A stretch of DNA of 39,128 nt from Gammaproteobacteria bacterium (GTDB lineage Bacteria > Pseudomonadota > Gammaproteobacteria > Eutrophobiales > Eutrophobiaceae), in contig QNEM01000003.1 of NCBI GenBank assembly GCA_003645215.1, positions 1 to 39,128 on the forward strand, written 5' to 3'. Made by a program: the position numbers and the translations under genes. Positions 18,374-27,947 of the stretch are shown piece after piece. Below the pieces are notes generated by a model, which saw only the letters and a list, made by a program, of their open reading frames with translations, did not search any database and was not told where the DNA came from. Within the stretch, counting starts at the first letter, position 1; the number at the start of each line of letters is the position of its first letter.

Positions 18374-19912
18374 ATGAGCGAAGAAATTCTGATAAATGTT
18401 ACGCCGCAGGAAACCCGGGTTGCTGTGGTAGAAAATGGCATCTTGCAGGAAATCTACATCGAGAGATCCCAGAAGCTCGGTTTGGTCGGAAATATCTTCA
18501 AAGGCACCGTATCACGTGTCTTACCCGGAATGCAGGCAGCATTTATAAATATAGGTTTGCAACGAACCGGTTTTTTACATACTTCAGATATCGTTACAGA
18601 GACTGATACTTCATCAGCATCTGAAGATAGTTCAGTTCAGCAGCCAGCGATCGAGACATTACTTCGTGAAGGACAGGAAATTCTGGTTCAGGTTGTCAAG
18701 GATCCTCTGGGAAGCAAAGGTGCACGCTTGACTACCCGACTTTCCATTCCCTTAAGGTATCTTGTTTTTGTCCCGGATTATAAATACATAGGGATATCTC
18801 AACGTATTGAGGATGAAACCGAGCGTGAGCGCTTACGAAATTTAATACTAGCTTATGATGCTGAAAATATAGCACTCGTTGCAAATGCCAATGTCACTTC
18901 GATAAAGGCCACAAATGAAGAGGCCCAATTAAGTAAAGGAGGCTTTATTGTCAGAACGGCTGCCGAAGGAATCTCCGAGGAAGAAATTTTCCGGGATATT
19001 GAATTCTTGCATAAATTATGGGATTCAGTTGTTGTCCGTTCAGAAAATACCTACCCGCCCGGTATTGTCTATGAAGACCTCCCTCTTGTTATGCGCACAA
19101 TGAGAGACCTGGTTCACGCAGATATTGAAAGAGTCCGCATTGATTCGAAAGAAACCTATAAAAGACTGATGGAATTTTCGAAAAAATTCATTCCTGAATT
19201 CCTCGGCAGACTTGAGTATTACAAGGGAGAGCATCCCATCCTCGATCTTTTTTCTGTTGAAGACGAAATCCAGAAGGCATTAGGCAAGAAGGTGCAGTTA
19301 AAATCAGGCGGCCATATTATTATTGATCAAACTGAAGCAATGACCACGATTGATGTCAATACCGGGGCCTTTGTTGGCAGACGAAACCTGGAAGAAACCA
19401 TCTACAAAACAAATCTTGAAGCAGTACAAACGATAACCAGACAACTTCGCTTACGTAATCTCGGTGGCATTATCATTATCGACTTCATTGATATGCAGGA
19501 TGCAGAACATGGCCGACAGGTATTACGTACGCTTGAAAAACATCTTAGCAGGGACAATTCGAAAATAGCCATGAGTGAGTTAACTTCACTGGGACTGGTA
19601 CAGCTCACACGAAAACGAACCAGAGAAAGTCTTGAACATACCCTCTGTGAAGCTTGTCCAACCTGTGATGGCAGAAGTTCTATTAAAACAGCAGAAACTG
19701 TCTGCTATGAAATTTTTCGTGAAATTATGCGTGAAGTACGACAGTTTGATGCAAACAAGTTGCTCGTTGTTGCGTCACAGGAAGTTGTAGATATGTTGCT
19801 CGATGAAGAATCAACCAGCGTAGCTGAATTAGAAGAATTTATTGGCAGACCAATCTCATTCCAGGTGGAATCTCTATATAACCAGGAACAATACGATATC
19901 GTGTTACTTTAG
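18374..19912 (+). CDS. rng: Ribonuclease G
   Basis: MSEEILINVTPQETRVA, S1 domain, TEAMTTIDVNTG, GGIIIIDFIDM and the CPTC Zn-link. No RNase E C-terminal extension. Confidence 0.95.
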   Translation: MSEEILINVTPQETRVAVVENGILQEIYIERSQKLGLVGNIFKGTVSRVLPGMQAAFINIGLQRTGFLHTSDIVTETDTSSASEDSSVQQPAIETLLREGQEILVQVVKDPLGSKGARLTTRLSIPLRYLVFVPDYKYIGISQRIEDETERERLRNLILAYDAENIALVANANVTSIKATNEEAQLSKGGFIVRTAAEGISEEEIFRDIEFLHKLWDSVVVRSENTYPPGIVYEDLPLVMRTMRDLVHADIERVRIDSKETYKRLMEFSKKFIPEFLGRLEYYKGEHPILDLFSVEDEIQKALGKKVQLKSGGHIIIDQTEAMTTIDVNTGAFVGRRNLEETIYKTNLEAVQTITRQLRLRNLGGIIIIDFIDMQDAEHGRQVLRTLEKHLSRDNSKIAMSELTSLGLVQLTRKRTRESLEHTLCEACPTCDGRSSIKTAETVCYEIFREIMREVRQFDANKLLVVASQEVVDMLLDEESTSVAELEEFIGRPISFQVESLYNQEQYDIVLL

Positions 19913-19935
19913 TCAGTCTGTGATGCTTAAATAAT

Positions 19936-22900
19936 ATGTTTAAACGTATCTATCATTTTTTTCTGTATTCATTTGCCTTTGTTATCCTGACATCTGCAAT
20001 TCTCATTACAGTTATCCGCCTCGCTCTTCCCGGGATTGGTGGATATAGTCAGCAAACTCAGGACTGGATCAGTCAGTACATGGATTACCCTGTAGAAATT
20101 TCAAGTATTGATGCTGACTGGAATAGCTGGACTCCTAATCTACGCCTGCACCAGGTCAGCATTCTGGATCCTGCGTCCAATGAACATATCCTGGATTTTG
20201 GCTCGGTTCTGATTAGTATCGATATTTATAAAAGCCTGGTCAAAAATGAAATTATTCCAAGAACAATCACCGTCTCTGGCTTGAGCATGACGCTGATACG
20301 CCGACAGGATGGCTCTGTCACTGCAACAAAATACTTGCCTGATGATTTTAGTGAGAAACAACTCGACGATGATGCGCTGGCAAAGTGGTTTCTTGTACAG
20401 AAGAATATTCTGGTAAAAAAAGCACAAATCACCTTGCTCGACCTGAAAGATGAGGATGCTCCCCCCCTGTTACTGTCAGATGCAACTCTGCGCATAAGGA
20501 ACAATGACTATCGTACTCAAATTGAGGGCTCGGCAGTTCTGCCGGGGTCTTATGGACATATTCTTGATTTTGCGCTGGATGCCAGTGGCGATGTCCTGAC
20601 GCCTGAATGGTCGGGGGAAGTATATTTTGCAGGTAAGGATATCAATATTTCACCATTGTTCTCAAAAATTGAAGCTCTTGATATTGAGAACCATGAAGGA
20701 ACAGGTGATATCAAACTATGGAGCACCTGGAACCGGGCAAAACTCAGGAATATAGAAGGCCAGGTTAAACTCAAAAACCTGAAACTTGCAGATAAAGAAT
20801 CAGAGATTTATATCAATCAAATAGAGGGTAATTTTTCAGCAAGCAGGAGAACTGACAAGGGGATTGAAGTTTCTCTTGATCTGCAAAAACTGGTCACACC
20901 AAATGGGGAATGGCCTGAAACCGTCATTTCTTTAAAGAAAATCTATATCCATGAACATGACAAGTATCGATATATTGCCAGCGCCAGTTACCTGGACCTT
21001 GATAATATTGATTCTTTCCTGGATATTTTTTCAGATTTGTCGGAAGAATTTTATCCATCCGATGATTTTAATATTACAGGTATCCTGCAAAACAGTTTGA
21101 TCAAATACGATCCTACTCTTGAAGATGATAAAAGAATTTATATTGATACAGAATTTTTACATCTGGGTGGCTCTTTCCGTGATCATCCTCTTAAACTGGA
21201 CGGATTATATGGTCAACTGCAAGGAACTCGAAAAGAGGGAAGCATACATATCGAATCCAGCACGGCGCAGCTTGATCTGAAGGAGTTTCTTGCTAATTCA
21301 TTGACATTTTATGAACTGAATACCGAACTGAACTGGCAATATCATAATAATAATCTGGTTCTGAGCACAGAACAATTTGACACACACACTCAGGATTTCG
21401 ATCTGAATATTAAAGGCAATCTCAGGTTCGATGAAGAAGCAGAATCACCATTTCTAAACTTGCTGGTTGAACTATCAGATGCTGAAGTTGAAACAGTCAG
21501 CAAATATCTACCAAAAAACTCACCAGAAAAATCAAAGCGCTGGTTTAAACGAGCATTGGTGAGTGGCAAGATTCCATCTGCAGAATTTGTTTTCAGAGGA
21601 CGACCTAAAGACTATCCATTCAGGGATAATGATGGTGTTTTCCAGGGCTATGCCGAAGTCAATCTTGAAACACTGGATTATCACCCATTATGGCCGCCTG
21701 CAGACGGGATTAATGCGGGGATAATGGTCAGTGGCGACACCGTAACTATCGATGTGCAATCCGGATATTTTTTTAATGCTGAAATTACCGGGGTATCTGC
21801 AGTTATCAAGGATCTTTCTATTAAGGGTTCTAAAAAGTCTGTTGCGCTCAAAACTCACATCAATGGTGATATGAAAGATTTCTTGCTATTCATTAAAAAT
21901 AGCCCGCTTAAAAAAACACCATCATTAAAAAATTTACCCTCGCGAAATTTCACCGGAGGAATGGGTATTGATCTGGCTATGGAGATACCTTTATTTCCCT
22001 CGCAGATTCTATTCAATGGCAGCCTCACATTAAGAGATGCTACTTTTTCCCGTGATGATATTAAAATAGAACTCACTGATCTGAATGGCAGGATAGACTT
22101 CTCACGAGGTTTCATCTCTGCTAAAGGAATGAAAGCAAATTTCTTTAACTCCCCTGTCGAACTTGCAATGGAAAACCGCCATGGCTTTCCTTCCAGAACC
22201 ACATTGACTGGGACTGCAGATAATCAATTTATCAGTGCACAATTATTACGATACTTGCCCTGGCTTGAACCATATAAGTCTGAAATAGAAAAACGAATTA
22301 ACGGTTCATGTTCGTGGGAAGTGTCACAAATAAATGCCGAGCCTGACAGTGGCTTAAAGGTCAATGAACAATTTGTGCTCACTTCATCACTTACAGGACT
22401 TTCAATAGATGTACCTGCACCTCTTGCAAAAACCGTGGAGCCTGCTGCATTTAAATTATCAATCAGATATCCAGAACTTAATAAGCGTGAAGTAACTTTA
22501 GACTATGCAAATATCCTCAATGGCTTAATCCATGCCAGTGACATTAATGATGAAAAATCTGTCATAACGTCTCTGTCTTTTGGAGACAAAGCCACTATCG
22601 GTATTGAAAGCCATCAATATTCGATTAACGGGGATATTGACCAGATTGATGCAGGAGACTGGATTAAATTTATCTCTGACATTTCAGATATAGAGAAGGA
22701 AAAAAAGAAAAAAGACATAGCTCTGGGCATTCAGGTTGGTTCACTGGAGCTCGGACGGCAAATTTTTTCAGACGTAAACCTGAAAATCGAGGATATTGTC
22801 GATGGCTTCCATTTCAATTTAACTGCAGATGACATCGCTGGCGATTTCTATCTCAAGCACATAAATGACAGTAACAACCTCAAAATAAACCTGCAAAAAT

Positions 22901-23805
22901 TAAATCTTGCTGAAAATATATCTGATAATGAAGATAAGGAATATGAAATTTATCCAGCTTCAATACCTCCACTTGACATCGAAGTCTCGGAATTATCCTA
23001 TAATGGCAACAATCTGGGCCGCTTGCTTCTTACAAGTTCAAAAACAATTGATGGTCTAACAGTTGATAATATAAATATTAGCAAAACAGACATCGAGATA
23101 GATGGCTCAGGCATCTGGAATCTTGTCAATCATGAGCACCATTCAAAGTTTAACCTGACGCTCAATGCTACATCAATGGCAACTATGCTGGAAACATTTG
23201 CTTATGATATTTCACCAATTGAAAAGGGAGTAACAAGCCTGACTCTGGATGCCCAATGGCCAGGGACACCCATGGATTTCTCTCTTTCAAATCTGGATGG
23301 AACACTGTATATGGAAGTCGATAAAGGTCGATTTATTGAGATAAATCCATCAGCCGGAAGATTATTTGGACTATTGAGTCTGCAGACCCTGCCCAGGAGA
23401 CTGTCACTTGATTTTTCTGATCTGTTTGGTAAAGGCCTTGCATTTGATTCAATTGAAGGTCGCTTCAATATAGAAGATGGCAATGCCTACACCAATAATC
23501 TGGCCATGACGGGCCCATCAGTAAACATCAACATCTCGGGCAGGACAGGTCTTGTTGAACAAGACTATGATCAAATAGCAACAGTTACACCACAGATTAC
23601 TGATAGCTTACCTGTTGCCAGTGCTTTATTTGGACCTGTTGGTATTGGCGTTGGTGCAATTATATTTCTGGCAAGCGAAATATTTCAATCTTTACCAGAC
23701 AAGATTAATACATTGTTACGCAAACAATATACCATCACTGGTGCATGGGACGAGCCGCAGGTGACAAAAATAAAGAAAGCAAAGGAAGATAAAGATAAGG
23801 GGTGA
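19936..23805 (+). CDS. yhdP: YhdP-type AsmA-like bridge lipid-transport protein
   Basis: 1289 aa with a single N-terminal TM segment (RLALP). C-terminal GRLFGLLSLQTLPRRLSLDFSDLF..GLAFDSIEG and YTITGAWDEP; directly after rng. Confidence 0.9.
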   Translation: MFKRIYHFFLYSFAFVILTSAILITVIRLALPGIGGYSQQTQDWISQYMDYPVEISSIDADWNSWTPNLRLHQVSILDPASNEHILDFGSVLISIDIYKSLVKNEIIPRTITVSGLSMTLIRRQDGSVTATKYLPDDFSEKQLDDDALAKWFLVQKNILVKKAQITLLDLKDEDAPPLLLSDATLRIRNNDYRTQIEGSAVLPGSYGHILDFALDASGDVLTPEWSGEVYFAGKDINISPLFSKIEALDIENHEGTGDIKLWSTWNRAKLRNIEGQVKLKNLKLADKESEIYINQIEGNFSASRRTDKGIEVSLDLQKLVTPNGEWPETVISLKKIYIHEHDKYRYIASASYLDLDNIDSFLDIFSDLSEEFYPSDDFNITGILQNSLIKYDPTLEDDKRIYIDTEFLHLGGSFRDHPLKLDGLYGQLQGTRKEGSIHIESSTAQLDLKEFLANSLTFYELNTELNWQYHNNNLVLSTEQFDTHTQDFDLNIKGNLRFDEEAESPFLNLLVELSDAEVETVSKYLPKNSPEKSKRWFKRALVSGKIPSAEFVFRGRPKDYPFRDNDGVFQGYAEVNLETLDYHPLWPPADGINAGIMVSGDTVTIDVQSGYFFNAEITGVSAVIKDLSIKGSKKSVALKTHINGDMKDFLLFIKNSPLKKTPSLKNLPSRNFTGGMGIDLAMEIPLFPSQILFNGSLTLRDATFSRDDIKIELTDLNGRIDFSRGFISAKGMKANFFNSPVELAMENRHGFPSRTTLTGTADNQFISAQLLRYLPWLEPYKSEIEKRINGSCSWEVSQINAEPDSGLKVNEQFVLTSSLTGLSIDVPAPLAKTVEPAAFKLSIRYPELNKREVTLDYANILNGLIHASDINDEKSVITSLSFGDKATIGIESHQYSINGDIDQIDAGDWIKFISDISDIEKEKKKKDIALGIQVGSLELGRQIFSDVNLKIEDIVDGFHFNLTADDIAGDFYLKHINDSNNLKINLQKLNLAENISDNEDKEYEIYPASIPPLDIEVSELSYNGNNLGRLLLTSSKTIDGLTVDNINISKTDIEIDGSGIWNLVNHEHHSKFNLTLNATSMATMLETFAYDISPIEKGVTSLTLDAQWPGTPMDFSLSNLDGTLYMEVDKGRFIEINPSAGRLFGLLSLQTLPRRLSLDFSDLFGKGLAFDSIEGRFNIEDGNAYTNNLAMTGPSVNINISGRTGLVEQDYDQIATVTPQITDSLPVASALFGPVGIGVGAIIFLASEIFQSLPDKINTLLRKQYTITGAWDEPQVTKIKKAKEDKDKG

Positions 23806-23827
23806 ATATTTAATAATCAGAGTTACA

Positions 23828-24238
23828 TCAAGGACGAGCAAAAACAAAAAAAGTCATCATCATCACAGCTGCAACTGTCATTCCTACTCCAAACTCAATA
23901 ACAAGTATTCCTAAATGCTGGCCATGGACAGGGTCTGATAGCAAAACATTGTAATCAAGAAAATTGCCTCCTGATATCAATGCAACAACACCCACACCGA
24001 TGTAAAGTAATAATCCTGAAGCAGAAATAACACGTAATAAGTTAAATGAAATAACACTTCGAGCATTACCAACCCCGAATATAAGACTATATAAGATAAA
24101 TGCTGATGCAAAAATCACCCCGGCCTGAAACCCGCCTCCTGGCCCATAATCCCCATGAAATTGAACATAAAGTGCAAAGAGTAAAATGAGTGGGATCAAT
24201 AACTTGGCAATAACCCTGAGTACCAGATGATGTTCCAT
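23828..24238 (-). CDS. mnhB: Na+/H+ antiporter subunit B (MrpB/MnhB)
   Basis: LYVQFHGDYGPGGGFQAG motif; four TM segments. Confidence 0.88.
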   Translation of the reverse strand: MEHHLVLRVIAKLLIPLILLFALYVQFHGDYGPGGGFQAGVIFASAFILYSLIFGVGNARSVISFNLLRVISASGLLLYIGVGVVALISGGNFLDYNVLLSDPVHGQHLGILVIEFGVGMTVAAVMMMTFFVFARP

Positions 24239-24242
24239 TTAT

Positions 24243-24872
24243 CTATTCTCCTGTGGACCTTTTACCCTGTGAGCTTTTTGTATCTGTCTTCACACGAGTT
24301 CGCCTGGTATTACTTCTGAAACCACGACCTAATAACATCAAGACAGCTATGCCTGCTGTAAAAATAACCGTTACCTCACCCATCGTGTCATAACCCCGGT
24401 AGCTGGCCAGTACTGAAGTCACCATATTTGGCACACCAATTTCCTGTGGTGATTGATTGATATAACGATCTGACAAATATTGATGTGCAGGTGCCGAACT
24501 GTCACCAAACTTTGGAATATCAGAAACCCCGAACATCAAGACAGCTCCCGTTAACATTACAACAATAAATGCAGGAAGAGAGTTTTTACTGCCTGGTTTT
24601 TCCTGACTGCCCGATTTTTCCTGATTACCTGATTTTTCCCGATTACTTGTCAAGGCAATGGTGCTCAGAAACAGCAAGGTTGCTATGCCTCCACCGACAG
24701 CAGCCTCGGTAAATGCAACATCAACGGCATCCATTTCTATGTACAGACAAGCAGCAACCAGACTGTATATTCCAGTTAACATAACAGCAGCAAACAAACT
24801 GTCCAGACGGATAATGGCTATTCCCAATATCGCCAAAAAGGCCAGCAAGGTAATGTTGACAATCAGTTCTAT
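24243..24872 (-). CDS. Mrp antiporter DUF4040/MrpB-like subunit
   Basis: DAVDVAFTEAAVGGG and PNMVTSVLASYRGYDTMGE motifs. The frame extends to an ATA at 24872 behind a GGAGAG RBS; the nearest standard start is TTG at 24848. Confidence 0.85.
   Translation of the reverse strand: MELIVNITLLAFLAILGIAIIRLDSLFAAVMLTGIYSLVAACLYIEMDAVDVAFTEAAVGGGIATLLFLSTIALTSNREKSGNQEKSGSQEKPGSKNSLPAFIVVMLTGAVLMFGVSDIPKFGDSSAPAHQYLSDRYINQSPQEIGVPNMVTSVLASYRGYDTMGEVTVIFTAGIAVLMLLGRGFRSNTRRTRVKTDTKSSQGKRSTGE
24588..24646. repeat. 18-bp in-frame tandem repeat, about three copies
   Basis: ACTGCCTGGTTTTTCCTG / ACTGCCCGATTTTTCCTG / ATTACCTGATTTTTCCCG, encoding NREKSG-NQEKSG-SQEKPG on the minus strand. Confidence 0.8.
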
Positions 24873-24874
24873 GT

Positions 24875-25189
24875 CTACTCTCCTGTATTATGTAACAAGG
24901 GTTTAACTTCACCATGAAGCGCAGCCTTGGCCAGGGCATGAGCTGCTGCAGGAGTGGTAAACAGAATAAATACCACGATAAAAAACAGTTTCACTGTGAC
25001 AATGCCTGGGTCTGCCTGCAGCATCAATCCAAACATAATGAAAATACACCCAAGTGTATCTACGATACTGGCTGCATGCAGCCGTGTAAAAAAATCAGGG
25101 AAACGTACCAGGCCAATGGTACCGATAATTATAAAACTACTGCCGGCCATCAAACTGATCCAGCTGAACAAATCGAGCAGGGTATTCAT
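24875..25189 (-). CDS. mnhG: Na+/H+ antiporter subunit G
   Basis: GLVRFPDFFTRLHAAS..DTLG and TPAAAHALAKAA. Confidence 0.92.
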   Translation of the reverse strand: MNTLLDLFSWISLMAGSSFIIIGTIGLVRFPDFFTRLHAASIVDTLGCIFIMFGLMLQADPGIVTVKLFFIVVFILFTTPAAAHALAKAALHGEVKPLLHNTGE

Positions 25190-25473
25190 ATATCACTCTC
25201 CTGCTGTTCCAGTGAACTTCTGCCCATATCTCCATATTCGAAAAATTTAAGAACGGCAATCGTAGTAATGAAATTGATCAATGCATATACCAGTGCAATA
25301 TCAAGGAATTCCGGACGTCCGGTCAAAAAACCGAATATCGCAATAAATAAAACAGTGATGGTCCCGAATGTATTGACTGCCAGTATCCGGTCGTAAAGAG
25401 TTGGGCCTAATAACGCCCGGCCCAGGGCCAGCATCATGGCGACTAATATAGCAATGGTGGTCACAGCAAACAT
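25186..25473 (-). CDS. mnhF: Na+/H+ antiporter subunit F
   Basis: GPTLYDRILA and DIALVYALINF. 4-bp overlap with mnhG. Confidence 0.92.
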   Translation of the reverse strand: MFAVTTIAILVAMMLALGRALLGPTLYDRILAVNTFGTITVLFIAIFGFLTGRPEFLDIALVYALINFITTIAVLKFFEYGDMGRSSLEQQESDI

Positions 25474-25476
25474 ACC

Positions 25477-25974
25477 TTATTTCTCCGACCTGTTTTCGAG
25501 CGCAGTGACCCTGGTATCCATCGAGCCTTGTATTAGCGAACTTGCCGCCTCCTCAGTAATTGCGTGAACTTCAGTAATGTCACCATCAACATCTATGGTA
25601 ACCGTCCCGGGTGTTAGTGTGATTGAATTGGCAAATATTACGCGTGCGAGATCTGATGCCTGGCTGCTACGTAGGGCAATGACAGTGGGGCTAATTGGCA
25701 TGGTCGGACTAACTATCAAGCGGCAGACATAAATATTTGAAACAAATATCTCTTTCAGCAACCAGCACCAATAGATAAGCAGTGCTATGGGATCCAGATG
25801 TAAGGGCTGACCTTCATGGTCGACAACATCCATGCGTAATGCGAGCACCACAACCAGTGTCACAGAAAATAATCCGAACGATATCAGCAGTGACGTGTAG
25901 TGGCCTGACAGTAACAGCCATAAGATGAAAAGGAACAACCCAAGACTGATCGCATGTTTGTTTTTACTATTCAT
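25477..25974 (-). CDS. mnhE: Na+/H+ antiporter subunit E
   Basis: LWLLLSG and ANSITLTPGT motifs. Confidence 0.92.
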   Translation of the reverse strand: MNSKNKHAISLGLFLFILWLLLSGHYTSLLISFGLFSVTLVVVLALRMDVVDHEGQPLHLDPIALLIYWCWLLKEIFVSNIYVCRLIVSPTMPISPTVIALRSSQASDLARVIFANSITLTPGTVTIDVDGDITEVHAITEEAASSLIQGSMDTRVTALENRSEK

Positions 25975-26115
25975 TTCTCAATTCATTTAACTTTAGTGGC
26001 CAGCAACTGTATTTCCAGGTAGCCAGGGTATTTAGTAGTCAGGATTATAACTGTATTATACGCAAGCGCTCCACCCGGGCACCCATAAAATATAATTTCA
26101 GGAATTTTATAAATC

Positions 26116-26583
26116 ATGCGTTGGAAACCAAACGTCACCGTTGCAGCGATTGTAGAACGTGATCAGAAATTTCTTCTGGTTGAAGAAAATGCAGATAATC
26201 ACATCGTCTTCAATCAGCCTGCAGGTCATCTGGAACAAAACGAAACACTCATCGAAGCCATTAGCAGAGAAGTGTTGGAAGAGACCGCCTGGGAATTCAT
26301 TCCCAAAGCCATTGTCGGCGTCTATATGTATCCAAATCAGCACAGTGATATCACTTACCTGCGATTCTGTTTCTCCGGAACATGTGATAAGCATCATCCT
26401 GAGCAGGCCCTGGATGACGGCATCATCCAGGCCGTGTGGCTTAGTAAAGAAGAAATCAAGGAAAATAAAGACAAAATGCGTAGCCCAATGGTTGCCCAGT
26501 GCATTAATGACTATCTCACGGGGAAAAATTATCCTCTCAATCTCATCAATAGTTATTTAGCTGATAAAGAATCTATATCCTGA
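26116..26583 (+). CDS. nudJ: NUDIX hydrolase, NudJ/YmfB-like
   Basis: MRWKPNVTVAA and Nudix box NQPAGHLE...REVLEET; adjacent to mnmA. Confidence 0.85.
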   Translation: MRWKPNVTVAAIVERDQKFLLVEENADNHIVFNQPAGHLEQNETLIEAISREVLEETAWEFIPKAIVGVYMYPNQHSDITYLRFCFSGTCDKHHPEQALDDGIIQAVWLSKEEIKENKDKMRSPMVAQCINDYLTGKNYPLNLINSYLADKESIS

Positions 26584-26595
26584 GTATTTCATAAC

Positions 26596-27681
26596 ATGTC
26601 CAAAGGAAAAATTATCGTTGGCGTCTCCGGTGGGGTTGATTCTTCTGTCACTGCCCTCCTGCTGAAGGAGCAGGGCTATGAGGTTGAGGGCCTGTTTATG
26701 AAAAACTGGGAAGAACAACTGCCCGGGGGTGAATGCATGTGGGAAGCTGATGTTGAGGATGCCATGCAAGTCTGTGATCAGCTTGATATTCCATTGAATA
26801 CGGTCGATCTTGCCAGCGACTACTGGGACAGGGTATTCAGTAATTTTCTGGAAGAATACAAAAGTGGTCGAACGCCTAATCCTGATGTCCTGTGCAATCA
26901 GGAAATCAAGTTCAGTGCATTTTTAAGCCATGCCACCGATTCAGGCGCCGAAAAGATTGCCACCGGTCATTATGCCCGCATTACTGAAGTAAATGGCCAC
27001 TATCAATTAAGAAAAGGGCTGGATTGTAATAAAGATCAGAGTTATTTTTTGTGTCGACTTAATCAGGCTCAATTGAGTCTGAGTCTGTTCCCGATTGGTG
27101 AGCTTGAAAAACACGAGGTACGAGAACTCGCAAAAGAGGCCGGATTTCAGACACATGACAAAAAGGACAGTACCGGCATCTGTTTTGTCGGTGAACGCCC
27201 TTTTAGAGAATTTCTCTCACGTTATCTTCCAGAACAGGCGGGTGAAATCCAGACACCTGAGGGCGAGGTCATCGGACAACACAATGGTGTTTTCTATTAC
27301 ACACTGGGACAGCGGCAAGGACTAGGCATTGGCGGTATTCAGGGTGCATCTGACTCACCCTGGTACATCTATAAGAAAGATATTGAAAACAATATTCTAT
27401 TTGTCGTACAGGGTCATGACCACGAACTGTTATACAGCCAGAAATTAACTGCCACAGATATCAACTGGGTCAGTGGAGCTGCGCCTGAGACACCGTTCAA
27501 ATGTGCTGCCAAGACGCGTTATCGTCAGGCTGATCAAGCTTGTACGATTACGCATATTGATAATAATAGCTGCTCAGTCACCTTTGATGAAGCTCAGCGC
27601 GCAGTGACACCAGGTCAATTTGTGGTGTTTTATGATGAGGATATCTGCCTGGGTGGGGGCATTATAGACAGCACCAGCTAA
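26596..27681 (+). CDS. mnmA: tRNA 2-thiouridylase MnmA
   Basis: SGGVDS PP-loop, TPNPDVLCN, ATGHY, KDQSYFL, KKDSTGICF and AVTPGQ. Confidence 0.97.
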   Translation: MSKGKIIVGVSGGVDSSVTALLLKEQGYEVEGLFMKNWEEQLPGGECMWEADVEDAMQVCDQLDIPLNTVDLASDYWDRVFSNFLEEYKSGRTPNPDVLCNQEIKFSAFLSHATDSGAEKIATGHYARITEVNGHYQLRKGLDCNKDQSYFLCRLNQAQLSLSLFPIGELEKHEVRELAKEAGFQTHDKKDSTGICFVGERPFREFLSRYLPEQAGEIQTPEGEVIGQHNGVFYYTLGQRQGLGIGGIQGASDSPWYIYKKDIENNILFVVQGHDHELLYSQKLTATDINWVSGAAPETPFKCAAKTRYRQADQACTITHIDNNSCSVTFDEAQRAVTPGQFVVFYDEDICLGGGIIDSTS

Positions 27682-27947
27682 ATGTCTTTAAATGACTCTA
27701 TCCTCTCTTATTTGTTGCTATCTGTCGTCAACTGCCTGTATTTTTCAAGATAAGCATCTAATCTCTAACGCCGCATATTTTGCAGCGCAACGTAAGCATA
27801 TCTTGTATAATTTCCGGCCCAGTTTTTAGGACATGGTCATGAACAAACCGGGCGATGATATCAGGCCTGTGGCCCGATTTTATAAGCCAAGTGTTTCATG
27901 ACCAAAAATCAAGAATAATCATAGTATTAAGTCAGGAGATAGAAATC

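Noticed and set aside
27855-27947. 31-aa N-terminal extension of AcnB
   Set aside because: The conserved MLEAYRKH start is the GTG at 27948 with an AGGAG RBS.
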